Under the pieces are notes generated by a model. It made no database searches, had not been told where the DNA came from, and worked only from the letters and a program-made list of their open reading frames with translations. The position numbers and the translations under genes were made by a program. This document shows positions 12,501 through 24,413 of a stretch of DNA of 64,000 nt, piece after piece. Position 1 is the first letter of the stretch; each line of letters opens with the position of its first letter. The DNA comes from Antedon mediterranea (Eukaryota > Animalia > Echinodermata). The stretch is taken from assembly GCF_964355755.1 (NCBI RefSeq), contig NC_092676.1:23020871-23084870 (forward strand). The letters run 5' to 3'.

Positions 12501-15500
12501 AAAATGAATTTATAATAGACAATAATCAGATGGATGATCTCATAAAATGTTACTTGAATTGATAATAAAAAGTACGTCATGTGTGTCATCAACATAATGT
12601 TTTTGTTTTATCTTTATACTGGGTGACCTCTTCAGTCAAAGACTGATCTCCCAGAGGGCCCAGTTGGTGATAAGTGGCTGTGATGTACTAATACACCGGG
12701 GTAACCCCCTACTCGTCTCGAAAGATGTTCTAGGTTCTTTAAAGTGCACACGATTTATAGTCCTTATCCGAGAAGACTCGTTCTACCACCAGAACCATGG
12801 AGTGAGTGGGCCTCGAACCCCTGCCGATGTTATGGCTACGTGATTACGGTTCCACTGTCTTAACCGCTCGGCCACTCACTCACGTTAAATTTCATGTTAA
12901 ATACTAGTAGGCCCACTGAAGTTACAAATAATACTGTAAGTTATTCGTAATCTTTATAAATTGAAGTTTTCTTCTATACTTGTGTACTACATAGTCGCCC
13001 GGATGTTGCATAATGTACACAGTACAATGTGATTACCTTCCCATAAAGTAATGAGCAAGAGACTGATGAAGAAATTGATCATTTTCTGACAAGTAACGTT
13101 GCCTGGCAACTTCATGAAACAAACGATGATACCATCGATACACCACTACGTCATCAGCACCTCCTTCGACAATATACGAACCTGAAAAAAAAAAAAAAAA
13201 ATAATTCACTTAGAAATATGAAATATAAATTCGTAACAAAAATTTCAAATGTTCATCTCCTCTTATTTCCACTTTGACGAGTTACTTAGAGGCAATTAGA
13301 ACATAGTACTTATAGTTATCAACATTAATTAGCAATGGAGTATGCACACCACATTACTACAGTAAACAAATAATACACATGTAATGAAATTCTATTTTAA
13401 GATTTAAATAAACATTTAGAGTTTATTAAATGAATAGTTAAATAATACAAACCAAGGTCTAATCTCAAACGAGTCCAAAGCAAAGATGGAAGTCTTCTGA
13501 TTGGTGGAATATGAAATTCAAAGCAGTCATCTAGAACGATTTCATCACATGACAAAACGTCTAAAAGTTCATTGGCTGAAAGACCAGTTTTGGCAGCTGT
13601 AATGTAACCAAGAGCTCTTCTGACTAACGTTTGTCCGTGAATTTCTTCCAACCTAAAGAGACAAAGTATAACAATAAATAAGTTTGTTATGGCATGTTAT
13701 GTTATGTAACTAATTTATTCTAACTAACAACTCGAAACAATAAATTTGACCAATCACAAATCAACAAATCTTCAAAACTGTAGTATAGCTTCTAAATTGG
13801 CAATTACGCGTACGTTCTAGTGAAACAAGCTTTAGCAATATCAAATAGATTTGATAGATATATTAGATATATTTTCTATAATGTTAAACATAGCACGTGC
13901 ACTTACTCGTTAAATAGTTGATTAATAAGTCCATTAACAGTATCAGCAAGGGTACATTCACTCTCATCTGTATAACTATGCCATGATTTGGCAATATCAC
14001 AGGCGAGCTTCAGAAACAAAGGCGTCGGCTTACCGTCTTTGTGAGCGCCTATTATTACTTTCTTCTGCTGAGATGATACTGTCCTTTATTTATAAAAAGT
14101 AAAGAGAAATATTAGATTTATAGTTTCACTTAATTAATTTTGCGCAAAATTAATTTCAAATATAGGTCTTATCTAAGTGGATTTAAAGATTTCGGTGATC
14201 ATTAATCAGTTTAAGATTGTTATCTTGTTAGGTTAGACGAATGAATATGTTATGGTTTATAATACTAGGCGAAACATGTGATGCCGCCTGTATTACGGAA
14301 TTTTCCAATGATGATACATGAAGAAATCAAGATACAGTTAGGCCTAATAATAATAATAATAACAGGATTTTTATAGCGCACATACCACTCAAGAGAGCTC
14401 AAGGCGCATTAAAAAAAAAATAAAAACAAATCATACAAATGCCTGACAAATAAAATGCAATTTCTTTGGAGGATCCCCATCCGTTCTCGTTCTGTCGCGG
14501 TCCCGGACCCCTACCTAGGTGACCAAACAAAGGAGCAGGATACACATTTGCCTTGCCACAGACGACCGGGTGCTCAGAGACAACAACCAAGACAGAGGCA
14601 CCCCAAAGATAATGCTGGTCAGGAAAAAGTATACTATACAATTCTAGAACTTTAAGAAACCTCATGATTTCCATATGCCTAGTTCCGTTCCGATAAACGA
14701 GTGCATTAAATATGAAAGAAAATACATACCAAGCATTTAAATACATGCCATCGTCAAAGATGCAATTGTTGGTGATAATATGATGATATATGATATATTT
14801 TACTCGTGAAAGAATGTTGTTCTTTCATACATTAATCTAAATCACCGCAACTACAAACGCTATACAAACACATTCGATATTAAAGATGTATTGTCCCTTA
14901 AAACACAAAAAAATGAAGGTCAAATTATTCTAAATTTAAATTGGCCATATAAAAGTAGTATTAAAGTTATTCACTTTAAGTCGAAAATTCGAGCTAAAAA
15001 CAACAAGTTTACGTAATTAACAGGTAAATCAATTTGATTGCATTTCTTCTGGAAAATTGTCGCGAGCGAAAGTAAACAAAGATTTCAAACCACGAGTAAG
15101 CATTACGCATGATGCTAATTAGGATTGTTTACAACTCATCACGATTGAGAAGGTGTTCTCACACAGATCGCGAGGAAGTTTTATAATTATGCATATAGAG
15201 TAGCCAAACAAGCGCGTTGCATCATGAGATATGTTTTGATCGAAAACTTTGACTGGAAGTCAAAGTTATTTTTTGAACAAAAAACGTCTGTATTTCAGTT
15301 AAATTTATTTTTCGACTAATTTTTGGGGAAAGTTATTTACTTTTATGATACTTAGGCCTACTGCAAAATGACCAACTTTTAAAAAAAATCTTTTTTTAAC
15401 TTTTTTTTTTTTGGAATTAGTCAAAGGGAAAATACATCTTTAAACTAACATACCTATTTTCTTTGGCAAGAAGTAAATCGATCATTGAATTGGTATCAGC

Positions 15501-18500
15501 TTCATCAGGTGGAAGAATCTGTCGGGAGTGAAAATGCATTCATGATTAAGAACAATATTAAACAAAAACTGATATTGAAGTTGTCATATTCAAAGACGAC
15601 GCCGCCGGTGTTAATGTATTTCCAAAGCGTAGCATTGTAGCTTGTCAGTATATCTACGACTTTCTTCAACTATAGTCCGCGAGACATGTATTAACAAATG
15701 GCCGTGTTAAACAGATAAACATAATATTACTTTACGGTTCTAAATACAAAGTAAACAAAGATAGATATTGTAATTAATCTATTACCTCTAGAAAATATTC
15801 TTTGGATTTGACGACATTCTTGGAAGCAGAAAGGCATCCCCCAGCATTGGGTCTAACAGTCACTATCATGTGAACAAACGGTGGCAAGTTGCATGGTAAC
15901 CAATGTAAATCACGCCCTTCGTTATCATCAGACAGTTGGTCAAGAGAGTCAATGAAGATAACTGTAGCGGAAAAACAATAAATAGTGTTACCAGTATTGA
16001 TTATAAACTGCTATCATTTGTTTACATTAAGTCTCATTTCGTCGTTTTTTCTGAATCTAACCATTTTACAGGAGGCAATTATTACCGTATATGATAGTGA
16101 AGACATTTTTCTTCTGGCTTCTATAACTATGAATCATCATATCATGTGAATATTATTGTGATATTATTATTATAACACATAACATTCCTGTAATTTTGAT
16201 GGAGACTCAAAAAACACAACAACAAAACAAATCAGATATGTGGTCAATAGGCTATGGAGATAAATAAATAAGTAGATAGATTCTTTAGATGTTACAAAAA
16301 CAAACAAATTAGGTATGAATGAAATGACAAGAATCTACTTAAAAAGTTTTATAAAACAATTAATGAAAGATGGAAGTTTATATTTCTAATTAATTACACC
16401 ATCACACTCATAAACATTGTAAATGTGAATGTGTTGCTTTCCATAGCATTTATTTTTCCAATATAAAATATCAGAAAGTTGCTTTTTGTACACTGCATAT
16501 CATATCATTACATATTACACATATAAAACATACACATCACAATAAAATAAATATAAGAACGATCGATATCATTGATATACAAAACAAATAGTACATTCAA
16601 TTGAAGAGAGATTCGACGAATAACGTGATGAAATTAAAGCTTCTCATCGATTATAAATATTGAAAAATATACTTCTATTTTGTTTACCTTTTTCTTAATA
16701 AGTACACGCTACCTAGAAAATAAAGTTGGTTTGGTATGCTTATTAATTTGTTAATCAGTTAAGTTGGATACAGTAGGCTAGTTAGTTTTTGTTAGTTATC
16801 AGAATAATAATTAAAAAAGAACACGTAGGACCTACTAAACGGCATCGATGATGTAGCTTTTTGCAGTAATTGCATAAACTTTTCCTCGAGATGTTTATAA
16901 TCTCCTTGTACACTGCTTGGATTGATTTTCAAAACATAACTAAGCTGAAAGGAAAAAAGTGTAATAATATTCCAATGTGCACGTTACGTTGCATTCTTTT
17001 ATGGGCCTTTCAAGTCCAGATAAAGTAAAGATAATAAATAAATGGACATTTGCCTGGGCCTGTGCGTTCGTTTATATGCTTTATTCCAAAAGCATGCACG
17101 TATATGTAATTTAACCAATCACAAACGAATATTTTGAACTATCATCCATTTGATTGGTCAAATTAGTTGCGTTGCTAGTTGGAACCAAACTAAAGTCTTA
17201 CAGATACAGGTATATTTGTATTTGTATAACTGAAAAGTCGATTGATAAAATTCAGATATAACTATTACTAAGATACAAGATGAATATATCAATTTAATTT
17301 AATCCATGAATGAATGAAATAAACTCAGACTTTAGACAATAATTATATTCGATCGACATTATGACCGAATATATTACTTTTTTTTCTTGTCGACATTTAT
17401 GATAATAATAATTCATGAATATAATTATTATATTCATGAATTACACATAAGTTATCTCATTTCTTTTATGTACTAACCTGTCTACATACGCTGTAAAGAA
17501 GATCCCGGATGTTTGAAGACTCTGGTGTGACGCCAATAAAACGAACAATGTGAGCTGGCCTATTACAAAATACACAAGCGTAAATAAAATAAATAAATAC
17601 ACAGGCTGGTTGCTTATCTGCAATAGCAGAGCTATACAATGTAATATGGCAACTTGTTCCTATTATTTACTGTCGCCTTATTCTAAACTTATTCTAAACT
17701 TATTCTAAAGCGCTAGATACAGATTTCATTTCTTTTCATAACATTTAACTTCTAGTTTATATTTTTTGTTTTGTTTTTATAAATTTTTATATCCGTTTTT
17801 GTCGACAGGGCCACAATGCAAAACAAGTATATTTCTACTTGATTGTGTATAATTCTGTATAAATATATTGTTAAATAAATAAATAAATAAATATATAAAA
17901 ATAAACCTATAGTTGTATAATATCTTTATAGGTTTTAATAGAGGTCAATTACAATTTCTATTAAAGACTATGATAAATACAGTATAAAGCGAAATCGATA
18001 CGCTTTAAAAGGAGAAAATAAAACTGGAATTACGACAGTAAATTAATGCAGATTTAGGTGAAGTGAGAATTAATTATTCGCGCAGCAAAGCTTCAACGGA
18101 AATTGCGTTACCATAGTAACAACCAAGCAATGTTAAGAATAAATATTCCATTGTACATATTATATATGTTATGTTTCCTTTTGATGGTTGATTCATAATC
18201 AGCCACTGCAAACAAAATGCACATTTAAAATATAAAAATATAGGCCTGTAAAGTCAAGCTAAAGCTCACTCTACACACTCTATGTGACAAAAATATTTGA
18301 TATGCCCATTATGAACCAGTTTGATATTCACACTAATAACAAGACAAGTACTGTACCTTTCGTCTGAGTTCATTGTGTCCCAACGTGCTAATGATTTACT
18401 GAAAACTTTGGCAAGTACAGATGTTTTACCGCTTCCTCCTACACCATGTAATACAAATGGCTAAAAATAAAACATAATAAATTAGTAGATAATATATAGT

Positions 18501-21481
18501 GTTATGTATTGAGTCCATGCACTTACTAGCCAAGCCGTTTGAATGTTTGAAAGGACGAGGTTTTACTGGGGGATTAGCGTTCTTCTAACGGGAGGTAAAT
18601 GAAAGGTACTCAGATCGATGTTTTAAAAAACAATTTATTTTACCTTTTTTCCACTTTCTTGTTTTAAGTACGTCATAATTTCTTCTAAAATTGATTCACG
18701 TCCTGAGAACATTTCGGCTCTTTCACGAGCGAAAACACTGTGGTTGACAACTTCAGCATACACAGAGTTATTCATAGTGGATCTATGTTCCGCCGCTCCT
18801 AATTAAAATAACCATTATTAGTTAGAGTGTATTGAGAAGCTGAATTTTTTAGTAATAGAAGTAGTATTCTAGTAAATAGATTATGAGATTTGGGATGGTT
18901 CAGTATTTCTGAAACGGGTTGGAACTTCTACAGAATAGTATTAGTAGATTATGGTCGACCTAGACTATGATGATTATACTTCCTAACCTAACGTAGGCCT
19001 ATGTTGGTATGGCATATATAATCTTAAATTAGACCAAAACGAGCACAGCAAAATGTGTACTTACTTGAATTTTGCACTGTGTTATTAAAAGGCGTACAAA
19101 TGCATTTATATTTTTATACTAATTATTTATTTAACTCTTTTATTTATACATTCACTTTTTGTCAACCAATAGATGATTCATGCCATGCCGCCTCTGTTTA
19201 TTCTTTGAGTTAACTACCAATGTAACCAAAATATCTTACCGTTTTTGATCGAGTCCACCATGTATTCACAAAACTTATCACAGAACGTCTTCAGAGCTTT
19301 CTTATTCTCTGGATTAGTCGACATCTCTTCGTTGGAAGGTTTAAACTCCATTTTATAACGGTTCAAGTTGCTTTCTTGTAAATTGTTCCAAATGGTTGAC
19401 TTAAGTTGTTCTAACTTTCTAGACGCGTTGGCGTCTACATTCCCGTGAACCATATCGACGTAGCCAATCTTGGAAGCTTGCTGGGCGTCAAATGATCTTA
19501 GGTCTCGGTCGAAAAAGAAACATCTTTTTTGTTCGCTTTTGTCATCGATTGCTTCCATGATTTCTCCTAAATAAAAGACAATTTTGTTTGAATCACTGAT
19601 AAAATGAAATGTATACATACTAATTAAAGGTAACAGAAACAAAATGCAATAATATTACAAGAGGAACCGTATTTGGGTGTGGAAACAGTTAAGCAAAACG
19701 ATGATTCACAAAGTTAGAAAACCTATATTTGTTTTTTTTTTCATGTTTTTCAAACGCTGCAAATAATTTTATATTTTTAATGTTTCTCTAGTGATGAAGA
19801 CGTACAGTACCTTCAGTAATGGACCGGGTTAACTCCATCTTGGTATCATGTGACAGTTCAGAAAACATGATTGCTGAGAAAATTGCTTTTTGTAAGATAT
19901 CAAACGTGTCATTCCAACCCTTGATGTCATCGCTGCTGTTTTTGTCGTAATTCGGGAATTTATTCGTGATTGGTTGCAAAACGAATTCTGGCTCTGAAAC
20001 ACATAATTTATAATTATTAGAACATGTTTATTAAAGCAAAACATATTGTTTTGTAAATGAAGTGACATTATTTTATTCATTTTTTCAACAACACATAATA
20101 TTCTAATTTGAAGGATCCAAACTAGAAGCCATTCTTTTATTAGGATCATTTCCTAAGTAAAAAGAAGAATAATAAATTAATGAATTAACAAGTTTAACCC
20201 GATTATAGCTCTGTCTATATTATCAAACTAGTTTGACAAAAAAAGTGTGATATGCCCAAACATGGTAGTGATATAATGTCATCATGTCCATATATGGGCA
20301 CATCACATTTTTGTTGTCACATAAAGTTTGATATTGTAGACAAGACTTAACGCCAATATACAGACAGTGGTAATACAAATATAAAATCTATGTTATTCAT
20401 TATGACAAGGATAGATACAGATTCTACATAGGACAAGCTAAGTGGTTTTCCGCTTCTTATCGTTACCACTCGTCTGTGTAAATTGGCCTTTAGAAGGAAC
20501 TTTAAACAAACTTGTTCATTTCTGTTTTATAAAAAAATATACGATATTATAATATGATATAATAAATACATTACCCAGGGAGTTCGTATCTAATTTGTAC
20601 CATTCTTTCAAAAGTTCTATAGCGTTGTCGTCTGCTGCATCTCGACTTGTTGAGTTTTCCATGTACGACATAAATGTCATGAAGGTTTTTGATTCAATGA
20701 TTCGTGGTATCGGTCGCCAACCGTACTTATTTCCAAGAATACCAACAAAAAATGGACCTATGGAAGTTTTTCTATATAGAAAATCAAAATGCAGTTTTAA
20801 CTATAACATTATTTATTGGGACAAAATCGAGTACAGCTATTTTTAAAAGAATTTTGTGGATTAGATATCAGAATCACATGACAAAATTTGATATAATTTG
20901 CATTACAAAGAGGCTTAGAAAAATTACTGCCTACTTTTGCTTGCATTAAATTGTGAATATTACCTGCATCTCTGGACTTCTGCTAGACAAATACTGGTAG
21001 CCTGATGCGAGTTGGCAAGAACACGTCTTATTCCCCATCGTAAGTCAACAACATTGAAATCTAGTCCAATCTTGCGACAGAATTCCCGCAGAAATGGATA
21101 AACATCTTCCATCAAAAGATCTCGTTCCATCTTAGTATCCGTGAAAGTTGAACTGACAAAAACCCAAACCTCATTTCCATTTCTTTTGATGTGCATATCT
21201 GGAATCTTTCCTTGCATCATTTCTCGGAATTCATCTCTTTTTTCAACATCATTTTCTACGCGTTGCATACCAATAAGAAAGTCTTCAAACTCGTCAGCCG
21301 CGTCTTTTAAAATCGTTTTCCATGGTTGACGGTCGTCACGCGGGGTGTCCCAAAGACCTCCTCCACGCATTCTGATTGTCGCCATGTGAGCTGTTCGGTA
21401 GGCACTTAAACGATTCCAGCTCTTTTTCTCAGTAGACTTTGCCGGTTTCCCTGGTAGCTGCATACCTACGGCATTACCCAT
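5765..21481 (-). CDS. NACHT and WD repeat domain-containing protein (NWD1/NWD2-like; DUF4062 + NACHT NTPase + helical/winged-helix region + WD40 repeats), about 1,624 aa, 26 coding exons
   Basis: Coding exons (minus strand; all GT-AG, phases compatible, total 4,875 nt): 21481-20964, 20771-20575, 19993-19811, 19566-19240, 18798-18644, 18460-18357, 17559-17478, 16944-16836, 15961-15786, 15518-15454, 14083-13907, 13652-13453, 13181-13037, 12494-12299, 12103-12026, 11795-11618, 11360-11209, 10854-10716, 10626-10475, 10281-10189, 10010-9765, 9330-9145, 8812-8665, 8220-8085, 7491-7347, 6352-5765. Motifs: DUF4062 VFVSSTFTDTKMERD...VDLRWGI...CLAEVQRC...SIGPFFVGILGNKYGWRP; Walker A GVGGSGKT; Walker B IIFIDSLDQL; PLFLKLAC; GLSANELLDVLSCD; WYHRLF; NLRKLTELPYHL; WD repeat GHTAPVSSCSF...ATGSEDQSVRIWD. 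NWD1 versus NWD2 orthology cannot be resolved by eye. Confidence 0.92.
8288..8548. mobile_element. MITE family AGCTCTGTCTACACTATCAAAC with an internal 21-bp tandem array (about 7 units of ATATCACTACCACATTTGGGT in this copy)
   Basis: Palindromic ends (agctctgt...agacagggct), GTGATGTGCCCATATATGGACATGATG core. Tandem unit number varies between copies. Confidence 0.8.
9538..9586. repeat. (GATA)n microsatellite, about 12 units
   Basis: Direct reading of the sequence. Confidence 0.95.
12605..12883 (-). mobile_element. tRNA-derived SINE with a Deu/Nin-domain-like core
   Basis: Minus strand: A box TGGCCGAGCGG, long variable arm, B box GGTTCGAGGCC. Then GTCTTCTCGGATAAGGACTATAAA...GTGCACTTTAAAGAACC...TTCGAGACGAGTAGGGGTTACCCCGGTG, which resembles the DeuSINE/Nin central domain as I recall it. 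Stem-loop and A-rich tail. Confidence 0.75.
14884..15439. mobile_element. MITE with TTAA TSD (Kolobok-like), about 556 bp, copy 1
   Basis: TTAA|AGATGTATTGTCCC...GGGAAAATACATCT|TTAA. The internal sequence is the reverse complement of 22222-22773. Confidence 0.85.
20207..20348. mobile_element. Copy of the 21-bp-array MITE family
   Basis: AGCTCTGTCTATATTATCAAACTAGTTTGAC...GGGCACATCACA...GTTTGATATTGTAGACAAGACT. Confidence 0.75.
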
Positions 21482-22221
21482 TTTGAGGACAGACGGTCAA
21501 ACACTCCTTAAATCTGAATAATATTATATACTGTAATCATTTATTTATTATTTGTATAATTTATGTAGTATTTTTTCGATTGCCATTTTGATGCATTTGA
21601 TGTATGATTATAATTAGAATGTTTAATTATATCTTAATAGCTTCAATGCATTCCGATTCTACTATAATATGTGACAATTAATATGTGACAATCATTAAAA
21701 ACGTTCAAGATGATGAATTACTTAATTACTTTATACGAAACCATGTATACATCATGCTGTAGTGTGTTGACATCTTTGTTTAATTAAACCAATTCATTTC
21801 GATAAGTATGTTGACCAATTGGAAAATATTCATGGCACAGTATTTTATATTTTGCAACAGCACCTAAACTTGCATGCTATCCACCATGCCTAATATACTA
21901 ACAAGGATAATACAAGAAAAGAGTGTACGCTGTTCTCTTACTCACCACGCATGAATGTCGCTACATTTTCAAATAATAGACTATTAACTGAAGAAGTACG
22001 TATCTTTTTGTATTTAATTAACATTTGAAATGTACTTATATCCTCATGTATTATTAATATAAACCTAATAATAATTTCAGTAAGTTCATATTTGTACTAA
22101 TGTAACTTTATGCTTACGTCATCTTTGATCACATTTAGAGTCCCAAAGTCCACATGTGACCGGTCTTTGTTATGATATTAATAATAATAATAATAATAAT
22201 ATCGAAACAATCATCATTTAA

Positions 22222-22773
22222 AGATGTATTGTCCCTTTGTCAAATTCCAAAAAAATAAAAATAAAAAGATTTCGAAAAAAAGTAGGTCATTTTGAAGTAT
22301 TATACAGTAATAGTTATTAACTTTCACCAAAAATAGCCGAAAAAAAAATCATTTAACTGAAATACAGACTTTTTTTTTTTGTTCAAAAAATAACTTTGAC
22401 TTCCAGTCAAAGTTTTCGATCAAAACATATCTCATAATGCAACGCGCTTATTTGGCTACTCTGTATGCATAATCATAAAACTTCCTCGCGATCTGTGTGA
22501 AAACACCTTCTCAACCGTAGGAGTTGTAAACAATCCTAATTAACATCATGCATAATGTATACTCATGGTTTGAAATCTTTGTTTACTTTCGCTCGCGACG
22601 ATTTTCCAGACGAAATGTAATCAAATTAATTTAGCTGTTAATTACGTAAAATTGGTGTTTTTGGCTCGAATTTTTGACTTAAAGTAAAAAACTTTAATAT
22701 TACTTTGATATCGCCAATTTAAATTTAGAATATTTTGACCTTCATTTTTTGTGTTTCAAGGGACAATACATCT
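22222..22773. mobile_element. MITE with TTAA TSD (Kolobok-like), about 552 bp, copy 2 (opposite orientation to copy 1)
   Basis: TTAA|AGATGTATTGTCCC...GGGACAATACATCT|TTAA. Highly similar to the reverse complement of copy 1, e.g. TTGACTTCCAGTCAAAGTTTTCGATCAAAACATATCTC. Confidence 0.85.
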
Positions 22774-23048
22774 TTAATGTAGGTTGAACTGTAAACTGTA
22801 GGCCTAGTATAGGCCCCTATATTTTACCAGGGAAAAGAACGATGCTTTTATCATTGTATACATAATGACAATTACAAAACATTACAAAACACAGTAGGCT
22901 ATGCTAAGAAAAACATGCAATTATCGATTTTAATCACCAAGTGCCAATATCGTAGCAGTGAAATATCGTATATTGTAGATAGTACCGTACCGTATATTGA
23001 GTATGTACTTAAATGAAAGCAGCATGATTTGAGTGTGTGTTTACTTAC

Positions 23049-23200
23049 CTCACTGTGGGTGTGTTCATCGGTTGATTCACTAAATGATTTTTAGGTCTAA
23101 ATATGCTACCTTAGCTTCATTGAATAAAAAAGGTTGTGTTGCATCCTCGCCTAGCTTATTCTATTCATCCGATCGTATTATTCTTTTGTGTTGGAGTTAC
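23049..23200 (-). other. Probable non-coding first exon (5' UTR) of the NWD-like gene
   Basis: Strong donor GAG|GTAAGT at 23049/23048 on the minus strand. The first coding exon starts at an acceptor (TTCAG|, exon begins 21513) 32 nt before the ATG, so an upstream UTR exon is expected. The 5' limit is approximate. Confidence 0.5.
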
Positions 23201-24413
23201 GCATGAGTGCTCATTTAAGAATGTTTACTGTTGTCAAGATCAGACAGCCACTAAAGTGTGACTGAAAAAAGGGTGGCGCTGCCTGAAACACAGAGATCCA
23301 CAGTTTCTATAAAGAGATAACGATCTTGTAATCCTGAAAATAAATATGTCTATACATTTTGGTTCATTTAATATTAAATTATGTCATTTATTTTACATGA
23401 ATTGAGTCTATTATGTTTCATAGCAAAATCATGTTGGGTTTTTTTCTCAAATTATCTCACATTAACAACAGCAAACTGTATTAGGCCTAGACATACAGTG
23501 AATTGTATCTACTGTTTTGTCGTTCTCGTAGCTCTCCTTTCGTTTATTTTTACGGCAGCTTGTTTCCTTTGTAGCTCTTCTCTTTCGTAATTTATATCAA
23601 GAAATCTTTAGTGCAGTATTCGGAGATTCCAAATAAATAGAAAATGGCAATAACATACAATGGGGGGGGGGGGGGGGGGGGGGTGTAGGATAGGGGTTGA
23701 TAGTTGTTCAGTGCCTTTATATTTTCTCTATGTAATTCATTAATTGTTATATTGTTATTGTTAAGGATGCCCCTTTGTACTAAAGTGTGCCACCGATCTA
23801 AAGGTGTAATTCCAAATAAATAAATAAATAAATACAATCAGGCAAGAGTGAAATTACACTCAAAACTGTGTCATTTATTACTTTGTAATTTAGGATTACC
23901 TCTCTGCAAGACTTTGAGAACTTATCTTTTGATCATACTTGAGAAACTGGGTTGGCATTTATTAATATTTGCTTATATTTAATTAATAATTTATGAATTA
24001 ATTTAAAATGGTTATGCAGTAGTAGTGGTAGAATGTTTTATGTTGCAAAGTTTTAATTTCAACATAATAGTACTGTAGTACTGTATTAAAAACAGATCTG
24101 TTATCAATGAAAACAAAAGTTAAATTTAAAAGAAGGAAAGGTGTTATTTAAGAATCATTGTAAATGATTTATTATTTGAGAATATGTAAATTATTTTATA
24201 ATTAATGTTATTTTTTGTAATTGTGAAATTGTAATCTCTTTTGAAGGAGGTAATGTTATCCAGTATGTCGCCCTCTGCCGGAGGGTCGTCATACTGTAAT
24301 CCGTTGGCAATTGCGCTTTTAAAACGCGTCACAACTCGCTCTACACGCACCTACACAAAATCGCCAAACAAAATAATTGTTTAGGTCAAAGGTTACAGCT
24401 GAAAAATCTTACG
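23200..24413. promoter_or_regulatory. Divergent (possibly bidirectional) promoter region of the NWD-like gene and AFG1L
   Basis: The 5' ends face away from each other within about 1.3 kb. CpG-rich patch at 24265-24365. CTCF-like word CCGGCAGAGGGCGAC on the minus strand at about 24266-24280. Confidence 0.55.
23662..23683. repeat. G22 homopolymer between the divergent NWD-like and AFG1L genes
   Basis: Direct reading of the sequence. Confidence 0.95.

Noticed and set aside
12800-12883. Possible tRNA-Ser/Leu gene
   Set aside because: The tRNA-like part runs directly into a SINE core and tail and has no pol III terminator after the acceptor stem, so it is a SINE head.
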